A DNA stretch of 64,000 nucleotides from Polyangiaceae bacterium. Lineage in GTDB: Bacteria; Myxococcota_A; Polyangia; Polyangiales; Polyangiaceae. The stretch spans positions 32,001 to 96,000 of the forward strand of contig CBDCTZ010000015.1 of NCBI GenBank assembly GCA_965222375.1, in the 5' to 3' direction. The translations under genes and the position numbers were made by a program. The notes under the pieces were generated by a model. The model saw nothing but the letters and a program-made list of their open reading frames with translations. It was not told the DNA's origin and searched no databases. This document shows, in pieces, positions 39,382 to 49,316 of the stretch (the stretch's first letter is position 1; every line of letters starts with the position of its first letter).

Positions 39382-39662
39382 TCGAGCCCAGCCGCGCGAC
39401 ACGCAAGACCCATGCATTGCCAGCCACGCCCAGTGCAACTCTCGCCACGCCTGGTCGTGCAACAGCGTGCGGCATGAAACGCTTCGCCTTCCACATGCCT
39501 GCGGGCATGCGGCTGATCGGCAAGCCGCCGCAAAAGGTAGGTCCTACCGCCTACTTCGCGCCCCGGGCAGAAGCCCTGGCTTGGCTCGGCGAACAGGCGC
39601 CAAGTGCTGCGGCCAGAGCCGTATCGTTGACGGGGCACAGGGATGCGCGACAATCCCGCGCG

Positions 39663-40691
39663 ATGAACCGGGCTTGGGTTGTTCTGCTGGGGCTGTGCGG
39701 GTGTGGTAGCCGCAGCCCCCTCGAGGCTGGGCTCGTGCTCGACGCGTCGCCTGCAACGGATGGACCGGCCGCCATGGACGCGCCGACCCTCACGGACGCC
39801 AGCCCGGAAGCCACGATTCCCAAAGAGTGCTACCGCCCGAACGTCACGGTGCTGGCAGCCGATGAAGGTTCGCCAACGGCGATCGCCGTCGATGCAACCC
39901 ATGTGTATTGGGCCACATCGGGTTCCGGCTGCAACGACGGATTGATTCGACGCATGCCCAAGGCCGGCGGCGCTATCGAAACCTTGGCGTCGAACCAACC
40001 CAACCCCCGCGCCCTCGATCTCGATCAGGACCACGTCTACTTCTATGACGCCTGCGGCAGTGGTCTGCTGCGCCGGGTGCCGAAACAAGGCGGGCCGGTG
40101 TTTGACTATCCGATTACGGTAGTCGACTCCGGACGCGCCATGGCCGTCGGCGGGCAGGACGTCTACTTCAGCGACTACGGCCTACTGCGCATTGCCAAGA
40201 GCGGCGGCAAACGACTCATGGTCGACAGCAGCGCCTACGTCTATGCCGTCGCGGCAGATGCGACCGGCGCCTACTGGATGGGGCCGGTGGGCGGAGGCGG
40301 GTCGACCTATGGCGTATTTGCCCACGCCCCGGGCAGCGTCGGCGCCACTGTGCTGGCGAATCCTGCAGGCGTGACGAATACCCTCGGCATCGATCAAGAC
40401 TACGTCTACTTCGGCAGCTCGCCCGGGATCCGGCGAGTCTCGAAGAAGGGCGGCGCAATCTCCACGGTCGCGACGGGATCCGTGTGGCGCCTCGCTGTCG
40501 ACGACAGCGCGGTGTATTGGACCGACGGATTCGGAGGCGCGGCCTACACGATCAACAAGGCGCCCAAAAGCGGTGGGCCGACAACGGTCGTCGCGACGGG
40601 TAGTGGCGCCTACGTGTCCATCGCCGTCGACGACCGCTGCGTCTACTGGGCGGATCTCTATGGCGGCGACATCCGTCGCGCTCCCAAGTGA
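39663..40691 (+). CDS. Beta-propeller lipoprotein (DUF5050-like)
   Basis: LCGCG lipobox; repeated IAVDxxxVYW..PKxGG blades. Confidence 0.8.
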   Translation: MNRAWVVLLGLCGCGSRSPLEAGLVLDASPATDGPAAMDAPTLTDASPEATIPKECYRPNVTVLAADEGSPTAIAVDATHVYWATSGSGCNDGLIRRMPKAGGAIETLASNQPNPRALDLDQDHVYFYDACGSGLLRRVPKQGGPVFDYPITVVDSGRAMAVGGQDVYFSDYGLLRIAKSGGKRLMVDSSAYVYAVAADATGAYWMGPVGGGGSTYGVFAHAPGSVGATVLANPAGVTNTLGIDQDYVYFGSSPGIRRVSKKGGAISTVATGSVWRLAVDDSAVYWTDGFGGAAYTINKAPKSGGPTTVVATGSGAYVSIAVDDRCVYWADLYGGDIRRAPK

Positions 40692-40698
40692 GGGCGAT

Positions 40699-41205
40699 TT
40701 GCGTCGCGCTTGCCCACTCCTGCTCTTGCTCTTGCTCGCTGTCTTGCTCGCCTGCAAACCCGGGCGAAGCCGCAGCGGCAGCAAGATCAAACGCAAGACC
40801 TACGATGCGACCCAAGTTGCGGTGAACGCCAAGCACACCTGCCTGCTGCGCAAAGACGGCACCGCCAAATGCTTCGGGGCCGACGACACGCGCGACCCAC
40901 CCATGACGCCAACGCCAACCGTATCGCTGACCCGAATCGAGACCGGGCGGCGCTTCGCCTGCGGGATTCAGCGGGAGGATTCGACACTGACCTGTTGGGG
41001 CGACTGCACCGCGGCTTCACGCTGCACGGTTCCAGCCGGCAAGCGCCACAAGCTGCCCCCACTTCAGGGAAAGATCCTGGACCTGACCGTCGGAGACGAT
41101 CACGTGTGCGCGCTCTTCACCGGTAACAAGGTGAAGTGTGTCGGCAACGACCTTTATGGGCGCGTGACAGGGCGCTCGCTCATGATGGACGCGAGCTGGC
41201 CGTGA
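40699..41205 (+). CDS. Short RCC1-like lipoprotein
   Basis: LLACK lipobox; HTCLLRKDGTAKCFG, FACGI..CWG; TTG start inferred. Confidence 0.6.
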   Translation: MRRACPLLLLLLLAVLLACKPGRSRSGSKIKRKTYDATQVAVNAKHTCLLRKDGTAKCFGADDTRDPPMTPTPTVSLTRIETGRRFACGIQREDSTLTCWGDCTAASRCTVPAGKRHKLPPLQGKILDLTVGDDHVCALFTGNKVKCVGNDLYGRVTGRSLMMDASWP

Positions 41206-41220
41206 GCCGGCCGCCACCCT

Positions 41221-43185
41221 TCAGCGCGGCCCCAACGCCATCAAGTAGAGCGGGCGGGACTTGGGGCCCGCGACCCGTGCCGCGACCTCTTCGTCATAGA
41301 AAGCTCCGACTCCGCATACACCAAGACCCCGCGCCGTCGCACTCAGGTACGCCGCTTCACCACCAAGCCCGGCTTGGAGCGCACCAACCCGAAAATCACG
41401 TGCTCCCTCCAGCTTGCCTAGATCCGATGTGTAACCCCACACCAAGGTGAACGCGGCCAATCCAAGGACCTCCTGATCAAGGCCAGCACTTTTCAACTCA
41501 GATGCCTGGCTGGTGGTCTTCAGCAGTTTGTGGCTCCCTGCTTCGTAGCGGTACCCGCCCGCATCGAGCCCACGAACCCGACGCGCGAGCACATGCAATT
41601 CGACGAGGTCGGCGTTCTGCAGGCTCCGTGCACCCTGCCAAGCGTCGCGCAGCACTTCGCCTAGCGCGGCCAGTTCGACATCTTGCTCCTTGAACTGGCG
41701 CACGGATCGGCGCGCGGCGATGACTCCGAACAGGTCCTCGGTTGCCGGCTTGCCTGCGGGCAGCGCGACGCCCTTTTTCGGAACCGGTTTGTGCGAGAGG
41801 CGCCTCCAAGCTGTCACCTCGCCCGGTTGCAGCTGCCAGGCCGTCAAGCGATGAGACAAACGCGCTGTTTCACGCCCGTGGGTCGTCTTCGGTAGCTCCA
41901 CGGGGCGGTGGCTCGGGATCCTCGGCGTGGTCTTTGGAAGCTTGCCACCACAACCCACGACAAGAAGCGCTCCCTCGCTCTGTTCGCTGCCACCAACAGC
42001 AGCGATGAGTGCGTGGTCGTCGAAATGGGTCTCCAACCCGCACGCGAGGCCCATCGCCTTGGCAGCGAGCACCAGATTCGCGGCAACATGGCCCGCATCG
42101 AGCAACGAATATCGGTACGCACGGGTGCCGTATTTGAAACCCGTACGGTCGAAGGTCGCTCCGAAGACGAAGAGCAGTGGTGCTTGGCGCGCGGGACTTT
42201 CGTCAGGGAGCGCATCGCGGATGGGCCGGGCCCTTGCGGCCACGTTGGCCAGCGAGTGCAGATGGGGGTGATAGTAGAACGCGCCTTCGCCCACAGACTC
42301 TGCGACCACGTAGAGATCGGTCGGGTAGAGCGCACCTGCCGACGCAGCCGCTCGCAGCAGCAGGCCTCCGCTCTCGGCTTTTCGACTAGTGACGCCCGCG
42401 GCGTAGTGCAACAATGTTGCAATCGCCTTCGAGTCCGGAGCGGAAGTGCTTCCGTGATCGACGACGATGGCGCCCTCGGGCGCAACGGCTTCATCTCCAC
42501 CAAGGGCCGCAGCGAGGGAGCGCCCCGCTTTCGCAGCCGCTGGCGGCAACCGCGTCGCTCTTCCCTCGACGACCTTCACGTCATCCGGCTCTTCGACCAC
42601 GACGACGGGCGCTTCGATGGCAGAAGTCCGACTGAGCGCAGACGTTTCGTAGAGCCAGTCGACGGCTCGGGTTTTGCTTCCTTCTCGCATGATCCAAACT
42701 TCGCGTAGTCCCGCCGGGGCGGACCCACTGGCGGCCGGGCTTTCCTCGACGTGGATCGCCGACCGCTCAGTAGCCAGGCGCCCGACCAGATAGGCCGCGG
42801 CGGGCATGAACACCAGCATCGCGAGCAAGCCTCTCAGACCGAGTCTGACAGCAGGCAGGAACCGCTTGCCGTCTGCATCCGAAAGCCAGCGCGGCCCGAC
42901 CCGCCGCAACGTGGCGGCGAGAGGTCGGACTTGAAAGACCAAGTGCGCGACGAGCAGCAGCAGCGTGCAGTAGCCGAACAGGTAGTGCAGGTCGAATGCG
43001 GGCAGGTCCATGCGCGCGACCCAGAACAAACCCAGGGCGGCAGTCGCCAGCACATAGAAGAGGAGCAACAACGCCGTGAGCCCGCTCATCACGGGTCGGC
43101 TGACGGGACGCCTAAGTAGCGCCCGAGCCAGCACGTACGCGCCGAACGCGATGGCCGGCGCAGCGATCCAAAACAGCTTCGTCAC
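41221..43185 (-). CDS. SagB/ThcOx-family dehydrogenase (two nitroreductase domains) with N-terminal membrane domain
   Basis: RAAASAGALYP, KYGTRAYRYSLLDAGH, RRSVRQF, LGVCGVGAFYDEEV; four N-terminal TMs. Confidence 0.85.
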   Translation of the reverse strand: MTKLFWIAAPAIAFGAYVLARALLRRPVSRPVMSGLTALLLLFYVLATAALGLFWVARMDLPAFDLHYLFGYCTLLLLVAHLVFQVRPLAATLRRVGPRWLSDADGKRFLPAVRLGLRGLLAMLVFMPAAAYLVGRLATERSAIHVEESPAASGSAPAGLREVWIMREGSKTRAVDWLYETSALSRTSAIEAPVVVVEEPDDVKVVEGRATRLPPAAAKAGRSLAAALGGDEAVAPEGAIVVDHGSTSAPDSKAIATLLHYAAGVTSRKAESGGLLLRAAASAGALYPTDLYVVAESVGEGAFYYHPHLHSLANVAARARPIRDALPDESPARQAPLLFVFGATFDRTGFKYGTRAYRYSLLDAGHVAANLVLAAKAMGLACGLETHFDDHALIAAVGGSEQSEGALLVVGCGGKLPKTTPRIPSHRPVELPKTTHGRETARLSHRLTAWQLQPGEVTAWRRLSHKPVPKKGVALPAGKPATEDLFGVIAARRSVRQFKEQDVELAALGEVLRDAWQGARSLQNADLVELHVLARRVRGLDAGGYRYEAGSHKLLKTTSQASELKSAGLDQEVLGLAAFTLVWGYTSDLGKLEGARDFRVGALQAGLGGEAAYLSATARGLGVCGVGAFYDEEVAARVAGPKSRPLYLMALGPR

Positions 43186-43249
43186 CGCACTCGGAAGGCT
43201 ACCCCGAGCGCGCGGCGAGTGACGGGTCCCGCCTGAAGCCCGATCAGCG

Positions 43250-43398
43250 CAGCGCCGAACCAGGGCGCCCCCCAGTGGCGGAGGCCCCGAGTGGCCCGCT
43301 GCGGGAGTAGTGGCCCAGCGCCGAACCAGGGCGGCCCCCAGTGGCGGAGGCCCCGGGTGGCCCGCTGCGGGAGTAGTGGCCCAGCGCCGGCCCAGGGC
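43250..43398. repeat. Intergenic tandem repeat, 2 x 66 bp plus partial third unit
   Basis: Units start at 43250, 43316 and 43382 (CAGCGCCGAACCAGGGCG...GGAGTAGTGGCC). Confidence 0.9.
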
Positions 43399-43430
43399 TC
43401 GACCCCAACCAAAATGACGGCCATCAATTC

Positions 43431-43446
43431 AGGCACGATTTCTGCT
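43431..43446 (+). promoter_or_regulatory. Sigma54 -24/-12 promoter (degenerate)
   Basis: AGGCAC-GATTT-CTGCT upstream of ATG 43459. Confidence 0.55.
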
Positions 43447-43458
43447 AAACAACGCCGC

Positions 43459-44205
43459 ATGAGCAAGAGTCGGCGATTTCGTTCCCCCTTCGTGGTCACC
43501 ACTGCCGCTGCGGTTTCCAGCATTTCGATGATTGCCTGCGGTGGCAGCACCGACGGCGACAACGGCACGGCTGGCACAGGCGGGACATCTGGATCCGGAG
43601 GCGGCGGAACGGGCGGCCAGGTGCAAACTGGAGGAAACGCCGGCACGACGGGCGGCAGCGCTGGAGTTGGCGCCACCGGCGGAGTAGCCGGCTCCGGAGC
43701 GACGGGTGGGAGCGCGGGCAGCGGTGGTGGCAGCGCGGGAAGTGGCGCGACCGGTGGCGTTGGCCCCGACGGCGGACCGATTTGTCCTCCGACACCTCCC
43801 GGATCCGGATTTGGATTCATGAAGTGCCCGGTGAAGGGCGCCAGCTGCAAGTACGACGTCAAGTGTCAGAGCGGGACGCAGAGCTTCACCTTCAACTGCG
43901 ACAGCACGGGCTTCTGGAGCGTGGCAGCCCAGAAGTGCTCGCTGCCGTACGACTCCTGCCCAAACACGGATCTGTACTGTTCGAGCCAATGGATGATCCC
44001 CCAGGGCACGAATCCGCCCGCACCTTGCCCAGCGACCAAGCCGAAAGTCGGCGACAAGTGTTTCGTCGGGGGCTTGGGTGGCGTTTGGGAAAACTGCGGA
44101 TACCGCTGCGATTCGTCACCGAACTCGAAGTGGACGGTGATGAGCTGCAAGTATGTGCCGAACGTCGACAGCAAGTGGGAGAGCGACGGCGCCTGCGGCA
44201 AGTGA
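43459..44205 (+). CDS. Cys-rich lipoprotein with Gly linker
   Basis: MIACGG lipobox; two CP..P..G..C..C.Y..C modules. Confidence 0.75.
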   Translation: MSKSRRFRSPFVVTTAAAVSSISMIACGGSTDGDNGTAGTGGTSGSGGGGTGGQVQTGGNAGTTGGSAGVGATGGVAGSGATGGSAGSGGGSAGSGATGGVGPDGGPICPPTPPGSGFGFMKCPVKGASCKYDVKCQSGTQSFTFNCDSTGFWSVAAQKCSLPYDSCPNTDLYCSSQWMIPQGTNPPAPCPATKPKVGDKCFVGGLGGVWENCGYRCDSSPNSKWTVMSCKYVPNVDSKWESDGACGK

Positions 44206-44247
44206 CGCTGGCGCCGCTTCGCAACCACGCCGAAAGAATTGCCGTCG

Positions 44248-44535
44248 CTACTCGAGCAGCTCGGCTTCGTCGATCAGGGACTGTGCGATCGCTTCTAGGC
44301 CACTCTTTCCCAGAGTGTCCGAGCGAGGCACGGTCGCGATCACGTAACTGACAGCGCGTTCGAGGCGATTGCGCCCGGGGTAGGCGCGCAGGTCGACGCG
44401 GCGGCGCAACGCACGGGCACGCGGTTTCTGCACAGGATCCGCGTTGGGGCTCGGCGTGGCGTCGGGCTCGGAGAGCGAACGCTCCAGCTGGTTCTCGGGA
44501 AAAGCGAACATCTCAGCGCGGGACAAGATAGCCAT
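44248..44535 (-). CDS. Hypothetical protein
   Basis: Protein-like ORF MAILSRAEMF...YPGRNRLERAVSYV; start uncertain. Confidence 0.4.
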   Translation of the reverse strand: MAILSRAEMFAFPENQLERSLSEPDATPSPNADPVQKPRARALRRRVDLRAYPGRNRLERAVSYVIATVPRSDTLGKSGLEAIAQSLIDEAELLE

Positions 44536-44855
44536 GGGGTCCGCACGGATATCGCGGTGCGACACACCGGGCCAAAAATTGCGGGGCTGTTTGCTTCGCT
44601 GCAGACAGCTCGAGGCTCCCCCATTCGGAGGGAGCAGCTTCTCTTCGCCGGCTACAACCCGATCGGCTAGGTCCCCTGGAAAGCTCGAGTCGGATGTGCC
44701 GGTTTTCCGAGCACCGAGCTTGCGAGGTCCCGAGGTGGCGCGGCCGCCGAAGGTCACCGGACCGGAGCGTGCGAGCGTATAGAGGACCGGAAGCGCAGGG
44801 ATAGCCTTGCAGACGGCCGAGATCTCCAGGGGTCGCTACCTGATACGAGAACGCC

Positions 44856-47165
44856 TCAGCGCCCGAGGGCCTCGGCGCGATTGACGATGCGGGGGGTGAG
44901 GAAAATGACGAGCTCGCCGCGACTGTCGCTGGCTCGGCGCCGCTGGAAGAGCAGCCCGATGAGGGGGATGTCTCCGAAGAAGGGCACCTGGTCCAAATTG
45001 CGACCGGTGTTGCGAGTGAAGATCCCGCCGATGACCGCCGTGTGGCCGTCCATCACCAACAGGTTGGTCTCGGCTTCACGCTTCAAGATGGTCGGATCGC
45101 CCCGAGCCGAGGTTTGGTTGAAGTCGGGCTCGTCGCGGTTGATCTTGACCTTCATGCTCACGCTGCCGTCGGCGGTCACGTGGGGCTTCACCAAGAGCTG
45201 AAGTTTCGCTTCCTGGAATGTGGTCTGCACGCCCTGAGCGCTGATTTGCGAAAAGGGAATCAAGGTGCCTTGGGAAATCCGCGCCTCGTGATTGTCCAAG
45301 GTCAGGATGCGCGGACTCGAAAGAATGCGCAGCATGCCGCTGGACTCTGCAGCGGAGAGACGCACGGCCAGATTGATGGTGTTGTCGATGGATCCAAAGG
45401 ACAGACCCAACGCACCACCTTGCCCGGTACCGACCGTGGCAGGCAGGTTCACCGCAAAGTTCGGGTTTTGCACCGTGTTCGAGAACGGCGACAAGCCTGC
45501 AGTGGGCGTATTCGTATCACTCGCGCCGCCGACCACGCCGACAGAGTTCGGGAATACGAGCCCCGTCGGGTTGCCCGTCGCTGCTGAGAAGGTCGCGTCT
45601 CCGCCCCACTGAATACCGACATCGCGCAGGTAGCGGCTTGTTGCTTCGACGATTCGGGCTTCTACCAGCACCTGTGGCGTCTGCGTGTCCAAGGAGCGAG
45701 TGAGCTCCTCGATTTGGTTCAGGTTGCCCGCGACGTCACGAACGATCATCACGTTGGTGCGTTCGTCCACGGCGATGCTGCCCCGCTCGCTGAGCAGGTC
45801 CTTGGCGCGAGCCTGTACATCGCTGGCGTTGGCATAGCTGACGGGGATGAGTCGCGTCTCGATGGGCGCGAGTTGCATCTCCTGCTTGCGGCGCGCGATC
45901 GCCATCTCGCGCTCTTTCTCGAGGTCCGCCAAGGGTGCTACGCGGATCATGTTGCCGCGTCGAACCATGCCAAGGCTCTTTGCCTGCAGCACGATATCCA
46001 GGGCTTGGTCCCAGGGCACGTTGCGCATGCGAATGGTGACGGTACCGCTGACGTTGTCCGCCGTTACGATGTTGACGCGTCCCACGTCGGCGATGAGCCG
46101 GAGCACGTTGTGAATGTCTGCGTCTTTAAGATCGAGATCGATGCGACGACCCGTGAAACCTCGGCGGCGTTGACCTAGAACCGCGTTGGAAACGCCCGCG
46201 GCTTCCTCAGCTTGAGCCACTTGCTCCGCCATGCCCACAGGAACGCTATCGTGCACCGTGGGCACGTCCGCGAAGTCGGTTTCGACGTGCACGGTGCGGG
46301 TCTTGCGGGCCGCACCACCATCCCGCGCCACCCCGGTGATGCTTGAGGGCAGGGAGCCGGGTTTGTAGAAGGACCAAACTAGCGAGTTGCCTCGGCGATG
46401 AACTCGGGACTCGGAGCGGTCGACATCCACCTCGATGATGACCTGTTCCTTCTTCGCATCCGGACCATAGCTGGAGATGGCTTTGACACGCCCGCCGAAG
46501 GCAGTGGTATCGAGGGTGCGGGTGAGTGCCTTGGGCAGCGTCGCCTTCTGTAGCACCAAGCGAGCGCGGCCCTTGCTGCCTCGCTCTTGACGATAACGGG
46601 TCCTTTCGGAAAGCTCGATGATGACCTTGTCCTCGAAGGTGCCGTGCTCGAAGCGCACGTCGGACACCCGCGAGAGCCCCGTACGCACCGCCTCGCCGGG
46701 GGAATTGATCTTCTTGACGCGCTTCTTGCGCATCACGCCTAGGGGCCCCGGCTCGAAGTTCAGCACCAGCTTGTCGCGCACGACGCTGACGGAGTAGCTG
46801 GCATCCTTGAGCAGAGTGACCATCAGCCGCGTGGTCTTGCCGCTCATCGTGTTGAAGGTCTGGGTCATCACGCCACCCACGACACCCGCACGCTTGGTGA
46901 TGGCGCTCTTGGCGCCTCGAACGGCTGTTCCGGGCACGTCGACGATGAGCCGCCTACGCTTCTTGTCCAGCCGCGCCGTGTACTTGGGGGCCGACGTGAA
47001 GCTCATTTCTACGCGAGCCCCCTCGTCGGCGGTCGCACTCAGACGAAGACTGGTAGCGTATCTTTGGGCGGACCCTGCCGCGGAGGCGACGGAAGCAGGC
47101 AAAAACACGGAGAGGGCGAGGCCTAACGCGAGGGTGCTGGTGAGTCGGGTCGAGCTAAACCGCAT
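44856..47165 (-). CDS. pilQ: Type IV pilus secretin PilQ
   Basis: AMIN-like N-terminus, NVPWDQALD, QVLVEARIVEA, VPFFGDIPLIGLLF..ELVIFLTPRI; alternative start 47231. Confidence 0.95.
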   Translation of the reverse strand: MRFSSTRLTSTLALGLALSVFLPASVASAAGSAQRYATSLRLSATADEGARVEMSFTSAPKYTARLDKKRRRLIVDVPGTAVRGAKSAITKRAGVVGGVMTQTFNTMSGKTTRLMVTLLKDASYSVSVVRDKLVLNFEPGPLGVMRKKRVKKINSPGEAVRTGLSRVSDVRFEHGTFEDKVIIELSERTRYRQERGSKGRARLVLQKATLPKALTRTLDTTAFGGRVKAISSYGPDAKKEQVIIEVDVDRSESRVHRRGNSLVWSFYKPGSLPSSITGVARDGGAARKTRTVHVETDFADVPTVHDSVPVGMAEQVAQAEEAAGVSNAVLGQRRRGFTGRRIDLDLKDADIHNVLRLIADVGRVNIVTADNVSGTVTIRMRNVPWDQALDIVLQAKSLGMVRRGNMIRVAPLADLEKEREMAIARRKQEMQLAPIETRLIPVSYANASDVQARAKDLLSERGSIAVDERTNVMIVRDVAGNLNQIEELTRSLDTQTPQVLVEARIVEATSRYLRDVGIQWGGDATFSAATGNPTGLVFPNSVGVVGGASDTNTPTAGLSPFSNTVQNPNFAVNLPATVGTGQGGALGLSFGSIDNTINLAVRLSAAESSGMLRILSSPRILTLDNHEARISQGTLIPFSQISAQGVQTTFQEAKLQLLVKPHVTADGSVSMKVKINRDEPDFNQTSARGDPTILKREAETNLLVMDGHTAVIGGIFTRNTGRNLDQVPFFGDIPLIGLLFQRRRASDSRGELVIFLTPRIVNRAEALGR

Positions 47166-47386
47166 GACTTTCTTCCGGTTCGAGCGCGACGAAACCCTTT
47201 TCCGCCGAGTCGAACTCTTCGTATCCGCCATCCTAAGCGGGCGCGTTTCTTTGACCCAAAAAACGGGCACAAGTTTGTGGCGCTTAGTGAAGTGCGACGA
47301 ACAGTAGAGAGCTCCCGAGTCAAGCACTGTCACGGGCCGAGTCACGGGGATGGCTCCCTGACGGGATGCCCAGGGGCGCTCGACGC

Positions 47387-48028
47387 TCAGCCGCCAGAAA
47401 CGACGGTGCCTTCAGCGCGGAGGGGCAGTACGCGAGTTGCGCTCGGCACGTCGGGGTTCTGCGGGTCCTCCCGGATCAGAACGACGTCGCCATCGCGAAT
47501 TCGATCAACCCGCCAATTGATCTCGTAGGCCGCGCCGGTTCCACTGCCGGCGCCAACGACCTCAGGGCGGCCAACGAACTGCCCGCGAATGATCACGTGA
47601 CCCTTGCCGGTCGGGTCGACGAGCATGGCCTTCGCCGGGTGGATGCCGGTGACGATTCCCACTAGCTTCAGTTCGTCGATGGCATACTGGTCCAGGATGA
47701 CCTCGCGCTGGCTCTTCGCTCGCCCTTTCGACTCGTCCACGAAGGTATTTGCGTAGGAGCGAAAGGGATCTCGACTACGCTCACTCTCCGCGAATTCGGC
47801 CTCTTGGAAGTCGATCTTGGGTGGCGCGACGGGAGCGCCGTCTGCCCCAGCATCCGGCGCTCCCGTGGGAGCTCCCGACGGCCTTTTTGCCGTGGCAGGG
47901 CCCCCCTTCGAAGGTCCCAGCGCCTTCTTCGTGGACCCCTTGCCGTGCTTGGGCGCGTCATCGCCACAACCGGTCGAAAACAGCGCCAACGCAGCCAGGG
48001 GCGCAGCCAGTGCGAAGAGGAGTCTCAT
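47387..48028 (-). CDS. pilP: Type IV pilus lipoprotein PilP
   Basis: Lipobox; RDPFRS, DELKLVGIV, AMLVDPTGKG; operon position. Confidence 0.9.
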   Translation of the reverse strand: MRLLFALAAPLAALALFSTGCGDDAPKHGKGSTKKALGPSKGGPATAKRPSGAPTGAPDAGADGAPVAPPKIDFQEAEFAESERSRDPFRSYANTFVDESKGRAKSQREVILDQYAIDELKLVGIVTGIHPAKAMLVDPTGKGHVIIRGQFVGRPEVVGAGSGTGAAYEINWRVDRIRDGDVVLIREDPQNPDVPSATRVLPLRAEGTVVSGG

Positions 48029-48678
48029 TTCTTCTTCCCTCCTCCTGGCTTCGGCCGGGGCTTCTTCTGTGCCGCTCCCCGCTTGTCAGGTCCTGTCGCA
48101 GCCGCTTGCGCATCCGAGAGGGCTCGGAACGCCGTGGCCAGCACCTCGGCTTTGACGCTGACTTCATCACCCGATTGCTCGGGCTCCGTGATCGAGATGT
48201 TCTCCATGTTGATGATTCGGTCGAGCTGCCCGACTCCGTAGAAGAACTTGGCGATCTGGTGAAAACGACCCGTTAGCTCCAGCTTCATCGGCACGCGGGC
48301 GTAGAACTGTTCGGGGATCTCTTCCTGCGGCGTCCAAGCCGAGAGGCTGACACCTGAGACATTTGCAACGGTCTGGAGTGAACTCAAGAAGGAGGGGTAT
48401 TCCGTCGTCTTCGGCAAGATCTTCTGGAGCTCACGTTGACGCTGTTGGCGATCTGTGAGCTCCGCCAGGTCCTTTTGATAGGCGAACTCGTTCTTGCGGG
48501 CCTCAGCCAGTTGGGTTCGGAGCTGCCGCTCTTTGCCTTGCGAGACCTTGATGCTGCTAGCGAGCTCGCCGTAGAACACGACGAAGTAAGCGACGCCGAC
48601 CAGCAGAATGAGCCCGGTTCCGATACCAAGCTTGGCGACCAGCGGAAGTCGCGCCAGTGCGGAAGGTTGCGCGGCCAT
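48025..48678 (-). CDS. pilO: Type IV pilus assembly protein PilO
   Basis: TM, coiled coil, FYARVPMKLELTGRFHQIAKFF..LDRIIN. Confidence 0.92.
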   Translation of the reverse strand: MAAQPSALARLPLVAKLGIGTGLILLVGVAYFVVFYGELASSIKVSQGKERQLRTQLAEARKNEFAYQKDLAELTDRQQRQRELQKILPKTTEYPSFLSSLQTVANVSGVSLSAWTPQEEIPEQFYARVPMKLELTGRFHQIAKFFYGVGQLDRIINMENISITEPEQSGDEVSVKAEVLATAFRALSDAQAAATGPDKRGAAQKKPRPKPGGGKKK

Positions 48679-49316
48679 CAGTACCTCACCTCGGCTTCGA
48701 GCTGAAAACGCACAACCTCGAGGCCGCTCTCCCGGTCGTTTTCCTTTTTCGCGGGAAGCAGGCGCACGTTGAAAAACAAGCTCGAAAGGTTCATGCGTCG
48801 GGCCAACTCACTGACATCCTCGCCGTCCCGGGCAGTTCCCTCGAGGCGAACGCGACGATTCGTTTCGACGAATCGGGACAGCCAGAGGCGCCGCGCATCC
48901 CAAGACGGATTGTAGACGGCCAAGGGGTTTTCCTTGCGGATCTGGCTGAGGCGATCCGGGTCGACACTTGGGCCGCGGCCCGGTGTGAGGATGCGAGCTA
49001 GTTCCAACATGACGGAAGTTGGACCCGTGCGAGCGCTTTGCAGCTTCGCGATTGCGTCCTCTCGAGCGCGCAATTGGCCGAGCTCCTCTTTGACCTTCGC
49101 GTGATTGACGACTGCCTTCTTGGCTCGATCGATCTGGGTTTGAAGCTCGGCGTTCTTGCGCTTTTGGTCTTTCAGCTCTTCTGCCTTGAAGCCATGGTAG
49201 GCGAAAAGCACACCAACCTCGACCAAGAACAGGAACAAGACCGCAAGCAGCCATAGCTGGCTGCCTTCGCTGCGTTCGGCCCGCCTCTTCTGCGGAAGTA
49301 GGTTGATCCGAATCAC
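48678..49316 (-). CDS. pilN: Type IV pilus assembly protein PilN
   Basis: GTG start, IRINLLP motif, TM. Confidence 0.92.
   Translation of the reverse strand: MIRINLLPQKRRAERSEGSQLWLLAVLFLFLVEVGVLFAYHGFKAEELKDQKRKNAELQTQIDRAKKAVVNHAKVKEELGQLRAREDAIAKLQSARTGPTSVMLELARILTPGRGPSVDPDRLSQIRKENPLAVYNPSWDARRLWLSRFVETNRRVRLEGTARDGEDVSELARRMNLSSLFFNVRLLPAKKENDRESGLEVVRFQLEAEVRY

Noticed and set aside
37656..40088. 810-aa ORF as a single protein
   Set aside because: The 5' third is antisense to the 39663 gene; the real start is MKPHK at 39323 with a lipobox.
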